This document shows positions 32,163 through 41,951 of a DNA stretch of 60,694 bases, in pieces. A program made the translations under genes and the position numbers. The first letter of the stretch is position 1, and each line of letters opens with the position of its first letter. The notes beneath the pieces are model-generated. The model saw only the letters and a list, made by a program, of their open reading frames with translations, ran no database searches and was not told the DNA's origin. Source of the stretch: a virus; the IMG/VR virus record IMGVR_UViG_3300026774_000001, positions 1 through 60,694 of that record. The stretch is one strand, 5' to 3'.

Positions 32163-32817
32163 GTCGGCCCTTTCGTCGTTCCATAACTTCGGCTGTGTGA
32201 TTCCACGAATGGACGCAAATCACCTCAGGGCCGAACTGCGTAGGGACGTTTCCGTCCTTCACGTGAGAATACGAGTACGGGTAGAAACGTTCACTAGGTG
32301 CAGTATACCCCCCGCGGTGTTTCCAGATGGGAGTCAAGAATTTGGGCCCTGTAAGCACATTCGGACGCTTACCCGGGTTACGCTTCACGCTTCCGGGGAT
32401 GGCTCCGATGATCTCACGCATTATCAGGTGACCCGGAACCGCGCCAAGATACGTATTCCCCACGTGGTTGCGATCTTCCATGGCCGCGAACACGTCGTGT
32501 CCTTCAAGTTCGGCGTCAATGCGCTTGAGTGGTCTCGTGTCAACGTCCGCGTAAAACCCGCCCATGTCGTACAGCAGCTCATACCGTGCGAGGTCGGCTC
32601 GGAACTGGTTCACGGCATCGACAGGCACCAGGTTTTCGGCATTGTCGAACAGATCTTGATTGCGGATCTTCGGCAGGTTGCTTTCCGTCCACAGGTTCAT
32701 TTTCCAGTCGGGGTGCATGTGCCCCCAAGCAACGATGTTCTGCCGGAGGTGATCGGGCATCGGTTTACCGAACCAGATGAAGTGAAACGCGCGGTTAGCG
32801 GTCATGATGTCTTGCAT
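32146..32817 (-). CDS. GT32-type glycosyltransferase (DXD, 223 aa)
   Basis: FHFIWFGKPMP...YELLYDMGGFYADVDTRPL; ATG 32817 with SD gagagga. Confidence 0.75.
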   Translation of the reverse strand: MQDIMTANRAFHFIWFGKPMPDHLRQNIVAWGHMHPDWKMNLWTESNLPKIRNQDLFDNAENLVPVDAVNQFRADLARYELLYDMGGFYADVDTRPLKRIDAELEGHDVFAAMEDRNHVGNTYLGAVPGHLIMREIIGAIPGSVKRNPGKRPNVLTGPKFLTPIWKHRGGYTAPSERFYPYSYSHVKDGNVPTQFGPEVICVHSWNHTAEVMERRKGRRAHTR

Positions 32818-32840
32818 CGTTGTCCTCTCGGCAAGGAAGT

Positions 32841-32878
32841 GGGGGAGCGTAACCCGGTGACTAGGTAAACGCTCCCCC
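32841..32878 (-). terminator. 9-bp stem-loop gggggagcg / cgctccccc
   Basis: Downstream of 32912..33580; no strong T tract. Confidence 0.4.
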
Positions 32879-32911
32879 GGCATGATGGGCTGCATCCGCC
32901 CATTGATCCTA

Positions 32912-33580
32912 TCAGCTGAAAATCTCCACGGCACCGCAAGCGGGTTCGGGAGGCTGAACGGTGGTGATCGCGAAAGCGAAGTGCTTTCCCGGTTCCCACG
33001 TGCTGACAGGTGAGTCGGACAGCCACGGGTCGCCGATATCCCACAGCGGAGACGCGGGCTTAGACATGCTCGCGAATCCGAAGGTGAACACGTCGTTCGT
33101 GAACGTCAATTCCTGCACACGAGCGTTGTACTCATGCGGGAACGCCCAATAGATCCACCGCTGATTGCCTTCGGAGTCGCAAGCGTCCTCGCCCGCGACC
33201 GGCTGCCAGATCTCCTTGGAAAATCGGGCATTCAGCAGACCGGTACCGAACTGGACACCGACGAAATCAGCTTCGGCAACCGACACGATCGGGTCCTCAC
33301 CGAAGACGAGCGCGATCAGGTCAACGTCCAGGGTGCACAGGTTCGTGACCTCATCAATCCAGTTCAGGAAAGACGGGCTCTGTTCGTTGACGCACGGTTC
33401 TCCATTGGCTTTGAGCTGTAGGAGTCGCGTACCGTCTTCGTAGTTCGGCGTGACCGTGATTTCAGTCCATGCATCCGTAGTGACCTGAGCGGACCCGTCA
33501 CCAGTCACGGGCACCCCGCACTGGTCAAGCAGGGTGAACCGCACAATTTCACCGCGGATAGGATTCGCGCATTGGCTCAC
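32912..33580 (-). CDS. virion structural protein, possible major tail (tube) protein (222 aa)
   Basis: Position after capsid genes, followed by hairpin; IRGEIVRFTLLDQCGVPV N-terminus resembles some actinophage major tail proteins; uncertain. Confidence 0.4.
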   Translation of the reverse strand: MSQCANPIRGEIVRFTLLDQCGVPVTGDGSAQVTTDAWTEITVTPNYEDGTRLLQLKANGEPCVNEQSPSFLNWIDEVTNLCTLDVDLIALVFGEDPIVSVAEADFVGVQFGTGLLNARFSKEIWQPVAGEDACDSEGNQRWIYWAFPHEYNARVQELTFTNDVFTFGFASMSKPASPLWDIGDPWLSDSPVSTWEPGKHFAFAITTVQPPEPACGAVEIFS

Positions 33581-34470
33581 GATGTAACATCCTCTCCGTT
33601 AAGAATCGGAATCGCCAAAAGGCAGCAATCCCAACCGACGACATAGGTTCGCTCGGCAATCATGCTGAGCGTGTTCACGTCACGGTCGAACGACTCGACA
33701 GCAGTGAACGTGTGCGGCGCGGCCTCACGCTGGAAGAACACGGCCCCCGTGGCATACACCCAAGTGACCCCGGGCGTATCAGTCCCGTCCGTGGCGGTGC
33801 CCGGATACTCACCGAGCACCACCTTCGAGCCGACCGACGACGTGTACATGACTCCCGATCGCGGCGTAAGCAAGTACGCTTCCGCCATCAGCGCACCGAG
33901 GCGAATCGGAACGTGCAGCGTCGCAACGCCGGGATAGCACTCCCGCATTGCCGCTTCCAGCATCCCAATGCCGACCTCAATAGTCTGCGGAATCGCAGTG
34001 ACCACGGTTGCGGCAGGCTGCAGAAGGTCGTCCCCGTCCGCAACGGTAGTGTTCGCTGCGAGGTGCGGCCACGTGCTCACGCCGCCGCCAGTTTCGGCTT
34101 CTCCAGTCCAGAAGATGCGCTCCAGTTCGCGCGCTTCCGACCTGAGTAGCGCCTGCTGGTTTCTGGCAGACAACTGCTCCCACTGTCCGACCGGAGCGCA
34201 GTCGACACGGCTATATACCGTTACCGGCGTCGCGCCTCTGGTTTCCCACCCCCATGTCTCACCCTTCGGTGCTGGGAGCGGCGTACCGTCAGGACTCGTG
34301 CATTCCCCGTACGTCCCTTCTGCGTCCGGACACATCGGCTGCCATTGGAGCCCCATGCGCCAATGCGCATTGGAGGTCAAATCGAGCTGTGTTGCGGTCG
34401 TCAGCAGATCAAACGCCGGGGAAGTGAACGGCAGCACGTCACTTTCGATTTGGAATCTTCCGCGACTCAT
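33577..34470 (-). CDS. virion structural protein, possible second HK97-fold capsid (pentamer-like) protein (297 aa)
   Basis: Strong SD gaggagg; directly after major capsid gene; LRSEARELERIFWTGEAETGG resembles the conserved MCP helix motif; uncertain. Confidence 0.45.
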   Translation of the reverse strand: MSRGRFQIESDVLPFTSPAFDLLTTATQLDLTSNAHWRMGLQWQPMCPDAEGTYGECTSPDGTPLPAPKGETWGWETRGATPVTVYSRVDCAPVGQWEQLSARNQQALLRSEARELERIFWTGEAETGGGVSTWPHLAANTTVADGDDLLQPAATVVTAIPQTIEVGIGMLEAAMRECYPGVATLHVPIRLGALMAEAYLLTPRSGVMYTSSVGSKVVLGEYPGTATDGTDTPGVTWVYATGAVFFQREAAPHTFTAVESFDRDVNTLSMIAERTYVVGWDCCLLAIPILNGEDVTS

Positions 34471-34504
34471 CGCCGTTCACCTCCTCTCTGCGTCTCGGGA
34501 ATGG

Positions 34505-36304
34505 CTAGGAACCAGCGCACACGATGGAACGAGCGCCGATCTCGCCGGAACCGCAGATGTCGACGGTAACGACACGCGACTCGTGACCAGGCTTGAGAAG
34601 CGCGTAGCAGTCCTCAGCCCAGGCCGCGGTGTGGTCGTTGGTGCTGTTGAGAACGGAGTCACGAACAACGCCCAGGTCAAGCGACATGGAGTTGCCGCGG
34701 ATGAACGTGCCCGGGGCGTAGATCATGTAGTCCATGGTCAGCGGCCAGTCGGTTGCGGGAGTGGCCCCACCGGGGTCGTCACCCGAACGGACCTGCCAGT
34801 CGCCGACGAACTGCACGCGGACGCCGCGGATGTTGAACCAGTCGGCGATCATGCCGTCAGTGACGCCGAAGACGTCGATACCGTCGCGGTTCGCGAGGTC
34901 AGCGCGGATGACCGCCTGGGCCCAACGGGGCATGACGACTTCGAGAATCGCATCGAAGCACATGCTGTATTTCTCGCGGTAGTCGACGGCCGACAGCTCG
35001 ATAGAGCTGAGCAGCGCCGAAGTGGTCGCACCGAGCAGGCCCGTGTGGTCGACCGCGATGCTCGCGGTGATCGCGTCACCGGAACCGCCACCGTTCAGCA
35101 TCAGATCGATGATGCGCGCGTTGGTCGCCTTCGCACGGATCGCCATGACCAGCCGAAGCCAGTTGGCGATCAGTTCCGGGTACGCGTAATCGATCAGGTT
35201 GCCCGCGGTGACGCAGAAACCATCACAGTCGGCTCGCCGGTCGATGAACGTCGGGCACTCGACCCGAACACAGGGCTTGAAGATCGAAGACGAGTCGACC
35301 GCTTCGATGTCATCGGCCTCGGTCCAGGTCCAGACGATGCCCGGATCGGAAGCGAGATCGCCGAAGCTCGGCGAGGTCGGGTACTGGACGCCACCGCGCG
35401 ACAGACCGACCGTAGGCAGGTCGATCATGCCGTCTTCGCAGACGACGTTGAAGAAGTCGTAAGAGATCTCCGAAGGCGCGCACCACCCACCGGCAGCGAC
35501 GAGGATATCCTCATCGGCAGCGGCTTTCAGGACTTCGTTCATGTCCTCGGGGGTGGAGTTCTTGTTCAGCGTGAACGTGAACTCGCGTTCGAGGCTCGCG
35601 ACCGGAACCGCCTCGGGGTTGCCGGTGCGGCTGATCGGGAGGCTCTTCGCGCGGCGCGACATGGCTTCGCCGAGCTTCGCGATGTTGTCGATTCGGCCGC
35701 CCTGGGTGAACCCGGGAACGTCGGCCGAAGCCACGATCACGGCTTCGGAACGGGCCTCATGCACCTTGGCGTCCGGCGCGTACTGCTGAATCGTGCCCAG
35801 TCGCACGCGCTGGTTCAGGTCGGTTGTCGGCTTGAGGTAGTCGCCAGCGAATGCCTTCATGGTCTCGCCGATGGCCGTCGTGATCGAGGCGGTGAGCACC
35901 TTCTCATCGATACCGGCGGAAACGAGTTCCCGCGCTTCGGGGGCAGCAGCCTCGGGAACGGTGTCCCCGGCTTCGGTGCCGCCCTCTTCATCGTCGGCAG
36001 CTTCGGCCTTGACAGGGTTGATGGCAGCGCGAAGCGCGGCAGCCCGTTCGGCGTTCGCCTTGCGCGTGGCCACAACCTCTTCGGCCGTGGCGTTCACCGC
36101 AAGGATCTGCGTTTTGAGCACTTCAAGCTTTGCGAAGCCATCAGCGTCGATATCCGCTTTTCCGTCCTGGTGAATGGCGTCAAACGCCTCGATCAGTTCG
36201 TCACGCATCGCGGACAGTTCGGCTTCGGACTTACCCGCCAATGCGGCGGTAAGCTCGTCGCCCCCGTCCGGCAGGGACTGCCCCGCCTCTTTGTCCTTTG
36301 ACAT
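34505..36304 (-). CDS. major capsid protein with N-terminal scaffold-like coiled-coil domain (599 aa)
   Basis: ATG 36304 with SD agaggga; acidic coiled-coil first ~130 aa, then GGWCAPSE-containing capsid-like domain; synteny after protease. Confidence 0.8.
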   Translation of the reverse strand: MSKDKEAGQSLPDGGDELTAALAGKSEAELSAMRDELIEAFDAIHQDGKADIDADGFAKLEVLKTQILAVNATAEEVVATRKANAERAAALRAAINPVKAEAADDEEGGTEAGDTVPEAAAPEARELVSAGIDEKVLTASITTAIGETMKAFAGDYLKPTTDLNQRVRLGTIQQYAPDAKVHEARSEAVIVASADVPGFTQGGRIDNIAKLGEAMSRRAKSLPISRTGNPEAVPVASLEREFTFTLNKNSTPEDMNEVLKAAADEDILVAAGGWCAPSEISYDFFNVVCEDGMIDLPTVGLSRGGVQYPTSPSFGDLASDPGIVWTWTEADDIEAVDSSSIFKPCVRVECPTFIDRRADCDGFCVTAGNLIDYAYPELIANWLRLVMAIRAKATNARIIDLMLNGGGSGDAITASIAVDHTGLLGATTSALLSSIELSAVDYREKYSMCFDAILEVVMPRWAQAVIRADLANRDGIDVFGVTDGMIADWFNIRGVRVQFVGDWQVRSGDDPGGATPATDWPLTMDYMIYAPGTFIRGNSMSLDLGVVRDSVLNSTNDHTAAWAEDCYALLKPGHESRVVTVDICGSGEIGARSIVCAGS

Positions 36305-36393
36305 CGCGTTCCCTCTGTGTATTGAAGTGAATACCCGGATTCTACACACGATTCATAGGCGAAAATGAGAAATCGCCTTCGAATCGTGTGCTA

Positions 36394-36546
36394 TTAGCTT
36401 TCCGGCGCTGTGTTCTTCAACTTCGAACCGTTCGAAGAACCCGCCGAAGTCTTGACCGTCACATTCCGTGACTTAGCGATACGTGCCTGCTCCTCCGTAG
36501 AAAACACCGATACGCCGCCCTTTTTCTTGCCGCAGTTACAGCCCAT
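36394..36546 (-). CDS. small protein MGCNCGKKKGG... (50 aa)
   Basis: TGATG overlap with upstream stop; below ORF-track cutoff. Confidence 0.35.
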   Translation of the reverse strand: MGCNCGKKKGGVSVFSTEEQARIAKSRNVTVKTSAGSSNGSKLKNTAPES

Positions 36547-38879
36547 CAACCATCACCTTTCAAGGTCTTGCGCAAGCTCATAGCGAACTCGCGCATTCTC
36601 GACTCGGGGTCACGTCCAATTTGAGCGGCGATTCTCTCAACCGCAGCTCGCATCCCCACGGGTTCCGCCACGCCCACATGCGCGCCGAATCGGATCGGCG
36701 TCACCGTTCGGGCGAGTTCCCCTCCCTGAATCGTGAACGAGCGTGATCGCGTCGGGAAACCAGGCACCGGAACAAGCAGCGCCGCGGCAAGTTCGCGCTT
36801 ACCCGGTTTCTCACGGTGCGGGCCCCAGTCGCCGGACAGCTGGCACGCCATCATGCGTGCAACCTGACTGGCATCGACACCGGGAATCAACGCCCCCGAG
36901 ATCCATACCCCGCGTGCGTTCTCCCCGACACGTGCGGTAGCCACCACAGAACACGCGTTGTCGTAGTGCTCGCGCCGAGCCGAGCCCTTCGGCCCCATCG
37001 GCGCGTGACCGCAGTCCATCGTGATAGGTCCCGTGGCGATCTTCGTATAGCCACCTCGACCATCGTCGACCATCGTTGCGCGGTTCATCCAAATGCCGTA
37101 GTCGACGTTCCCCGTGGGAACCGTGACCCGCTTGTCGCGATAACCCCGGTGCGCGACCTGCTTGGGCGCGAGATAACCGAAGAACCGGCCCTCATCGGTG
37201 ACCGTGATGGCACCGATTTCAGGAACCTCGGTCGGCTCATCGAACCAATCGGCGGGTGGAAGATCGGGAATCGTGATCGTGTACGCCGAAGCGGTCACGA
37301 GTTCTTCTGCGTCGAAATCATCTGCGGCGGGTTCAGGCAACGCGGTTTCGTCGTCCAAATACACGCGAGCCTCAACGAAAGCGGGAATGCTCACCAGGTC
37401 TGCGGAACGAATCCTACCGGAATGGTAGATGACCTTTTCGGCAGTCATGCACCGAGCGATCTCCGATCCTTCGGCGTCCTCGGGCAGCTCATCGCAGCCT
37501 TCTGGCATGACGACTTCGACATCACCTTGATTGCCGCTGTCGTCAATGATGGAGATACCGGCGAGGAATCCGGGGTCCATCCGCGTTCCCATCTGCCGAG
37601 CCGCTTCGCGTCCCCAGGGGGAGTCAAGATCGAGAACGCCTCGCGCGTGGATCTCGTTCCCGATGCGTTCGATGTGGTCGACGCGGCCGACATCCACCGT
37701 GTTGCCGTTGTCAACGCCACCATGGGCGCGCTCGTACTTCCACCCGAGCGGAATCTCAAGCGACTCGGTCGCGCCGAGTTCCGGCCACGTCAGCGCACCG
37801 GGGGCGTACTCCTGTCCGTCGTAGGCGGGTGCGCCCTCGACCACGATCACGCCGGACCACGGTGCAACGTTCCGTGAGACCGGAGCGGCACTCGAAGATT
37901 CAGACGCGTACAGCGCGGCCATCTGCTCAAGCGCCGATTCCCGCGTGTCATGGCAGCCTTCGACTTCCCCGCCTTCGATCTTCACCACAGCGAACTCGCC
38001 AGAGTCGCAACCGGGGTTGCCCGTCTGAATCTCCCAAGGCATGGGTTGCTCCTCTTCATAAGCTGCGGCATTCAGCGTGAGTACCGCGCCGTTGTCGTTC
38101 AAGTTCAGATCTTCGGGGTTGAACACCGCGAAGGTGGCACACCGACAGTTGATAACCTCTGAGGCTGGCCCTGTCGGGTCACCAGGGAATTGCAGAGGGA
38201 ACCCACCCACCGTGAACGGCTCCGTGAACGGCACCGTCTGCTTGTCCGCCTCATGATGGGTGGGTCGCGTCCGGGGGTCCTCCGTGGCCTGCCACTCCTT
38301 GCGCATGACACCGGACGGAATGCCGTACGCCGACTCGAACCGCTGCATGGTGCCCATAGCAACGGTGTTGCGAGCGCCGTGCACCTCGGTTCGGGCGATC
38401 ATCCTCGCGCGTCCTTCGGTCACGCCGACAGCATCCATGATGCGGGCCGCAAGCTTCGGGATGGACTCGCCCAGCCCGGTACCCTCGACCAGCGCGGCGC
38501 GCGCGTTGAACCACAGCGCATCGCCGATGCCGACAAGCCTGTTCACTGCTTGCTGCAGGTACAACTCGGTGTCGAGTGCCTGGTCAATGAGCAGTGTAAG
38601 CGGGTTTCCAACCGCTTCCGCTAGGTGTGCGATCGTGGAAACGCTCGCGTTCAGCATGTTCAATTCAAGCGCAGGTGACAACTCGGCCGCCACATACGCG
38701 GCCCAGATGGTCACGATGGCGTCCATGGCGGTTTGGTCCGCGTTCCGCAACGCCCGTTCGATGTCCTCGGAGTTCATCACTTCGATCATCGCGGCGGTCA
38801 GCCCGGCCATGACCAGTGCCTCGAACTCCTCGGAACTGAGTTCGAGTTCTTCCAAGGTTTGCAGCGGGACGGTTGCCAT
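36546..38879 (-). CDS. MuF-like head morphogenesis / capsid maturation protease fusion protein (777 aa)
   Basis: MuF (SPP1 gp7) signature TRPTHHEADKQ...VINCRC in N-half; large C-terminal domain in protease position. Confidence 0.8.
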   Translation of the reverse strand: MATVPLQTLEELELSSEEFEALVMAGLTAAMIEVMNSEDIERALRNADQTAMDAIVTIWAAYVAAELSPALELNMLNASVSTIAHLAEAVGNPLTLLIDQALDTELYLQQAVNRLVGIGDALWFNARAALVEGTGLGESIPKLAARIMDAVGVTEGRARMIARTEVHGARNTVAMGTMQRFESAYGIPSGVMRKEWQATEDPRTRPTHHEADKQTVPFTEPFTVGGFPLQFPGDPTGPASEVINCRCATFAVFNPEDLNLNDNGAVLTLNAAAYEEEQPMPWEIQTGNPGCDSGEFAVVKIEGGEVEGCHDTRESALEQMAALYASESSSAAPVSRNVAPWSGVIVVEGAPAYDGQEYAPGALTWPELGATESLEIPLGWKYERAHGGVDNGNTVDVGRVDHIERIGNEIHARGVLDLDSPWGREAARQMGTRMDPGFLAGISIIDDSGNQGDVEVVMPEGCDELPEDAEGSEIARCMTAEKVIYHSGRIRSADLVSIPAFVEARVYLDDETALPEPAADDFDAEELVTASAYTITIPDLPPADWFDEPTEVPEIGAITVTDEGRFFGYLAPKQVAHRGYRDKRVTVPTGNVDYGIWMNRATMVDDGRGGYTKIATGPITMDCGHAPMGPKGSARREHYDNACSVVATARVGENARGVWISGALIPGVDASQVARMMACQLSGDWGPHREKPGKRELAAALLVPVPGFPTRSRSFTIQGGELARTVTPIRFGAHVGVAEPVGMRAAVERIAAQIGRDPESRMREFAMSLRKTLKGDG

Positions 38880-40306
38880 CAGACCTCACCCGGATTCCGC
38901 GCCTGGGTGTTCGCGGGATCTTCGCCGCCCACGTCACCTTCCGTCGACTCGGTTCCCATCTCGGGTTCAGCCTGCGGGGGGTTCGCGACGGCCGCCGCGC
39001 CCATGTTGCGTCGTTCGAGCTTGTCAGTCATCTCTTCAAGTTCTTTCGGCGTCGGCATGTCCGACTCGGAGAACCCGGATTCACGCCGGAGCGCCGCGCC
39101 GCTGATCTCCATACGGTCATACGCCAGGATCGCGTCATCGGACTTGTCGGGTCGCTTCTCGATCTCCGAAGGGTCGTACCACATGACGATGCGGCCACCG
39201 TTGGGCCCGGTGAGCAGATCTTCCCCGAGGCGCTCGCCTTCCGCACGCAGCACCGGGGTGAGGTAGCCTTTGGTCAGCGCGTGGCAGATCATTTCGGCAT
39301 CAGGTGCAATGTGCAACTTGATGCCGGACTCTTCGACTTGCGCCGCACCCCAGTGGTTCATACCGGACACGCCCAGCAGGATGTCACTCGGGAGGTCAAG
39401 AGCTGTCGCAAGCCGACGAATCGCACTTTCACGGTGGGCGATCAGCTTGTCATCGATGGGGTTCGAAAGGTCCAGCGCCATCATGACATCGGACAGCTTC
39501 GTCTCTGTGTTGTCACCGAGGTCAACGCCAACGGGCAGTTTGAGCGCCGCTTCGGCGCTCATCGCGTCTTTGATACCGCGTGAGGCAACCTCGACCAGGA
39601 CTTGCGCGAACGGGTCCTGCCCTTCGGGCCCGCTGGGGTTAGCGGTCTGTGGAAACGAGAGCTTGCCTCGGTCATAGAGCAGGATACCGTTTGACGCCAG
39701 ACGGGACACGGTTTCCGCCACGATGCGCTTATTGATGAGGTCCAGTTCGCTCATCGACCCGAGCGCATGCGCGGCTACCGAGGTCGCGCGATACGAATAG
39801 CGTTCGTTCGGCCGCCAGAAACGGACCACCATCGTGTCTGGCCCCAGTGTCTGCCACGCGCGTTGCGACTCACCCACGCGGAGCTGATACACCTTTTCGC
39901 GGATACGCAGCTCGTCAGCGGAGTAGACCGCCCAGATCTCTTCGCCGTCTTCATCCTCGTGACCGACTAGCCAGCCTTCACCGGGGACGTTGTAGTGCAC
40001 ACCCATGAGCTTCATAAGCTGCGATTGACCGCCGATACCGCCTGCGAGACGCGCTACGGCGTCCGCCGCGGGCCCTTCAGCGATCGGCAACGGCTCGTCG
40101 CCGCCAGGGATGTACTCCGCTGCGAGGAGGCGCACACGTGAAAGGGCGTTGCCTTTCCAGTTCACGGCAGCCGCGAATTCCTCAAGACGGTAGTAGTAAT
40201 CCCACAGTTGGTCTTGTACGGAGTCGTATTCGGGGTTGTAGGCGCGGCCTGTGGACAGCACGGAAGCGGACGCTACAAGCGTGGTGCCGAACGCCGGAAG
40301 TTCCAT
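38879..40306 (-). CDS. portal protein (475 aa)
   Basis: Size and position upstream of MuF fusion; start ATG 40306 (MELPAFG) chosen to avoid overlap with 40315..40644. Confidence 0.8.
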   Translation of the reverse strand: MELPAFGTTLVASASVLSTGRAYNPEYDSVQDQLWDYYYRLEEFAAAVNWKGNALSRVRLLAAEYIPGGDEPLPIAEGPAADAVARLAGGIGGQSQLMKLMGVHYNVPGEGWLVGHEDEDGEEIWAVYSADELRIREKVYQLRVGESQRAWQTLGPDTMVVRFWRPNERYSYRATSVAAHALGSMSELDLINKRIVAETVSRLASNGILLYDRGKLSFPQTANPSGPEGQDPFAQVLVEVASRGIKDAMSAEAALKLPVGVDLGDNTETKLSDVMMALDLSNPIDDKLIAHRESAIRRLATALDLPSDILLGVSGMNHWGAAQVEESGIKLHIAPDAEMICHALTKGYLTPVLRAEGERLGEDLLTGPNGGRIVMWYDPSEIEKRPDKSDDAILAYDRMEISGAALRRESGFSESDMPTPKELEEMTDKLERRNMGAAAVANPPQAEPEMGTESTEGDVGGEDPANTQARNPGEV

Positions 40307-40314
40307 GTGTTGTC

Positions 40315-40644
40315 CTAATCCCCGTCGATGCGCCCCAAGAACCCGACTACGGTTGACATCGCTAGCCATGTAAGTATCGGGTAATCGAGTCCATACGCCA
40401 ACGATAGTACCACCGTGAACACACCGCACACCCAGAATCCAAGGCACCACGGGCATGAGAGCAGATACGCCAGCTTCGAATTCCAGTCTGTATCGGAGCC
40501 GGAATCGTGCTTTCGGAACCAGCGCCGCTCAAACCACCAGCGAAGTCGTTCGAAGACCGGTTCCGTGATCTTGTCGGAGGTGACTAGTCGTGTCACTCGG
40601 TATGCCGCGAGCGATGCCAGCGCGACTAGCCACCACTCAGGCAT
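40315..40644 (-). CDS. DUF1360-type membrane protein (109 aa)
   Basis: LLSCPWCLGFW motif; 3 TM helices. Confidence 0.7.
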   Translation of the reverse strand: MPEWWLVALASLAAYRVTRLVTSDKITEPVFERLRWWFERRWFRKHDSGSDTDWNSKLAYLLSCPWCLGFWVCGVFTVVLSLAYGLDYPILTWLAMSTVVGFLGRIDGD

Positions 40645-40843
40645 TATCAGAGTCCACCTTCCGCTTGCGTGGCAACGTTCGAACGAACGCGAGGACGAGC
40701 GCAAAGAACGGGATCGCCGCTCCCAGAGCCGCCTGCCACATTGCGATCTCTTTCGCCTCGGCATCGACGTAGAACGCGAAGAGCGCGATCACGGTCAATC
40801 CGAAGGCGTACACGGTTGCGCGTGGTCCACTCATGACGGGCAC
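40637..40843 (-). CDS. holin-like membrane protein (68 aa, 2 TM)
   Basis: Two TM helices and basic C-terminus; downstream of endolysin. Confidence 0.5.
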   Translation of the reverse strand: MPVMSGPRATVYAFGLTVIALFAFYVDAEAKEIAMWQAALGAAIPFFALVLAFVRTLPRKRKVDSDNA

Positions 40844-41133
40844 TCCGTTTCGAGGTTCTGCACGTGCGCTTTCACGGTGTCAACCTCGGAGCGCATCTCT
40901 TTCACGCTGGTCTTGACACCCTCAAGCGCCTTGTCAATGTTGTCCAGCCGTTCAGCGAGCCCCGGTCGCGCTTCTGCGTCCCCTTGGTATCGCTCCGGCC
41001 TGCCTGCTACGACGTCTATCGCCGCAACTGTCTGTCGCAATGGTCTCCACACCTTCCCGACAATACCTGTCAGTAGCGCAGCCCCGATGATTCCCGTCGC
41101 GGTCCATACCTCGGGTGTCAGCTCGGGCAGCAC
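40831..41133 (-). CDS. membrane-anchored coiled-coil protein (100 aa), lysis-associated
   Basis: N-terminal TM then coiled coil; abuts endolysin stop. Confidence 0.5.
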   Translation of the reverse strand: MLPELTPEVWTATGIIGAALLTGIVGKVWRPLRQTVAAIDVVAGRPERYQGDAEARPGLAERLDNIDKALEGVKTSVKEMRSEVDTVKAHVQNLETECPS

Positions 41134-41823
41134 CTAAGCGCCCAGGAGGGCGGTCCAGGTCTTGGGACCTGCCAGCCCATCGGACGGCTTCGCGTGCTTG
41201 CTCTGGAACGCCTTGACCTGCCGTTCCGTCTTCGGGCCGAAGTCGCCGTCGATCGTGGTGCTGTAGCTGTTCGCGGTGAGCAGCCCTTGCAGGCGTTTTA
41301 CGTCGGTGCCCTTGGCACCTTCTCGCAGGGTCGGCATAGACATAATGGCCTCCTTGGTCCAGTCGTTCGCGGGCTTGTTGGGCTTGCTCGGGTTCGAGGG
41401 CTTGCCGAGATCGGCGATACCCCAACCGGTCGTGCTGTCGTAATCGCGGGTCCCCCTGCCGTCCGGGCCGTTGCCCACCGACACATGCACGTGCGTAGCG
41501 TGCGGGTTCGACCCGCGGTAGTCGCGCGCCTCGAAACCGTTGCTCCGCTCGTAGATCTTCCGATTGAAGATCACGTAGCGCATGTTCGGGTGCGGGTGCG
41601 CCACCAGGTGCGACACGAATGAAGGCAAGTTCAATCCGTGATCCCCGAGGACATCCACCGCGCATACAACGCCTGCATCGTTGGGGTTGTGGTCGCTGTA
41701 TCCGTTCTGGTGATTTCTGTCCCCGATTGTCCACACGGTCGTTTCGGGGTACTTGGCCTCGATTTCGTCTCGCAGGACTTCAAGGCTCCTAGCCAATCGC
41801 CAGTCACTTGACATGGCTGTCAC
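41134..41823 (-). CDS. endolysin: M15/VanY-type peptidase + PG_binding_1 domain (229 aa)
   Basis: SDHNPND...ATHVHVS zinc ligands; C-terminal GAKGTDVKRLQGLL...DGDFGPKTERQVKAFQ. Confidence 0.85.
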   Translation of the reverse strand: MTAMSSDWRLARSLEVLRDEIEAKYPETTVWTIGDRNHQNGYSDHNPNDAGVVCAVDVLGDHGLNLPSFVSHLVAHPHPNMRYVIFNRKIYERSNGFEARDYRGSNPHATHVHVSVGNGPDGRGTRDYDSTTGWGIADLGKPSNPSKPNKPANDWTKEAIMSMPTLREGAKGTDVKRLQGLLTANSYSTTIDGDFGPKTERQVKAFQSKHAKPSDGLAGPKTWTALLGA

Positions 41824-41906
41824 CTCCTATTTCCTCTGTAATCGTTGCGTCACCTGTCCGAAGACGGTACCACAGACGAGAGCACTGCTCTGACTTTCTG
41901 GCATGC

Positions 41907-41937
41907 AAAAGCCCTGGACGTTAGTACCGTCCAGGGC
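41907..41937 (-). terminator. intrinsic terminator (minus strand)
   Basis: gccctggacg / cgtccagggc stem followed by TTTT on minus strand. Confidence 0.6.
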
Positions 41938-41951
41938 GTCATTCGGTTGAC

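Noticed and set aside
33968-36301. 777-aa plus-strand ORF, along with other very long antisense ORFs such as 5636..7144 (-), 13343..14494 (-), 36816..37877 (+) and 38260..39105 (+)
   Set aside because: They lie antisense or out of frame to genes with clear motifs (capsid, helicase, MuF fusion). Their products are Arg/Ala/Gly/Pro-rich low-complexity translations. They are the expected stop-codon-poor shadow frames of GC-rich coding DNA.
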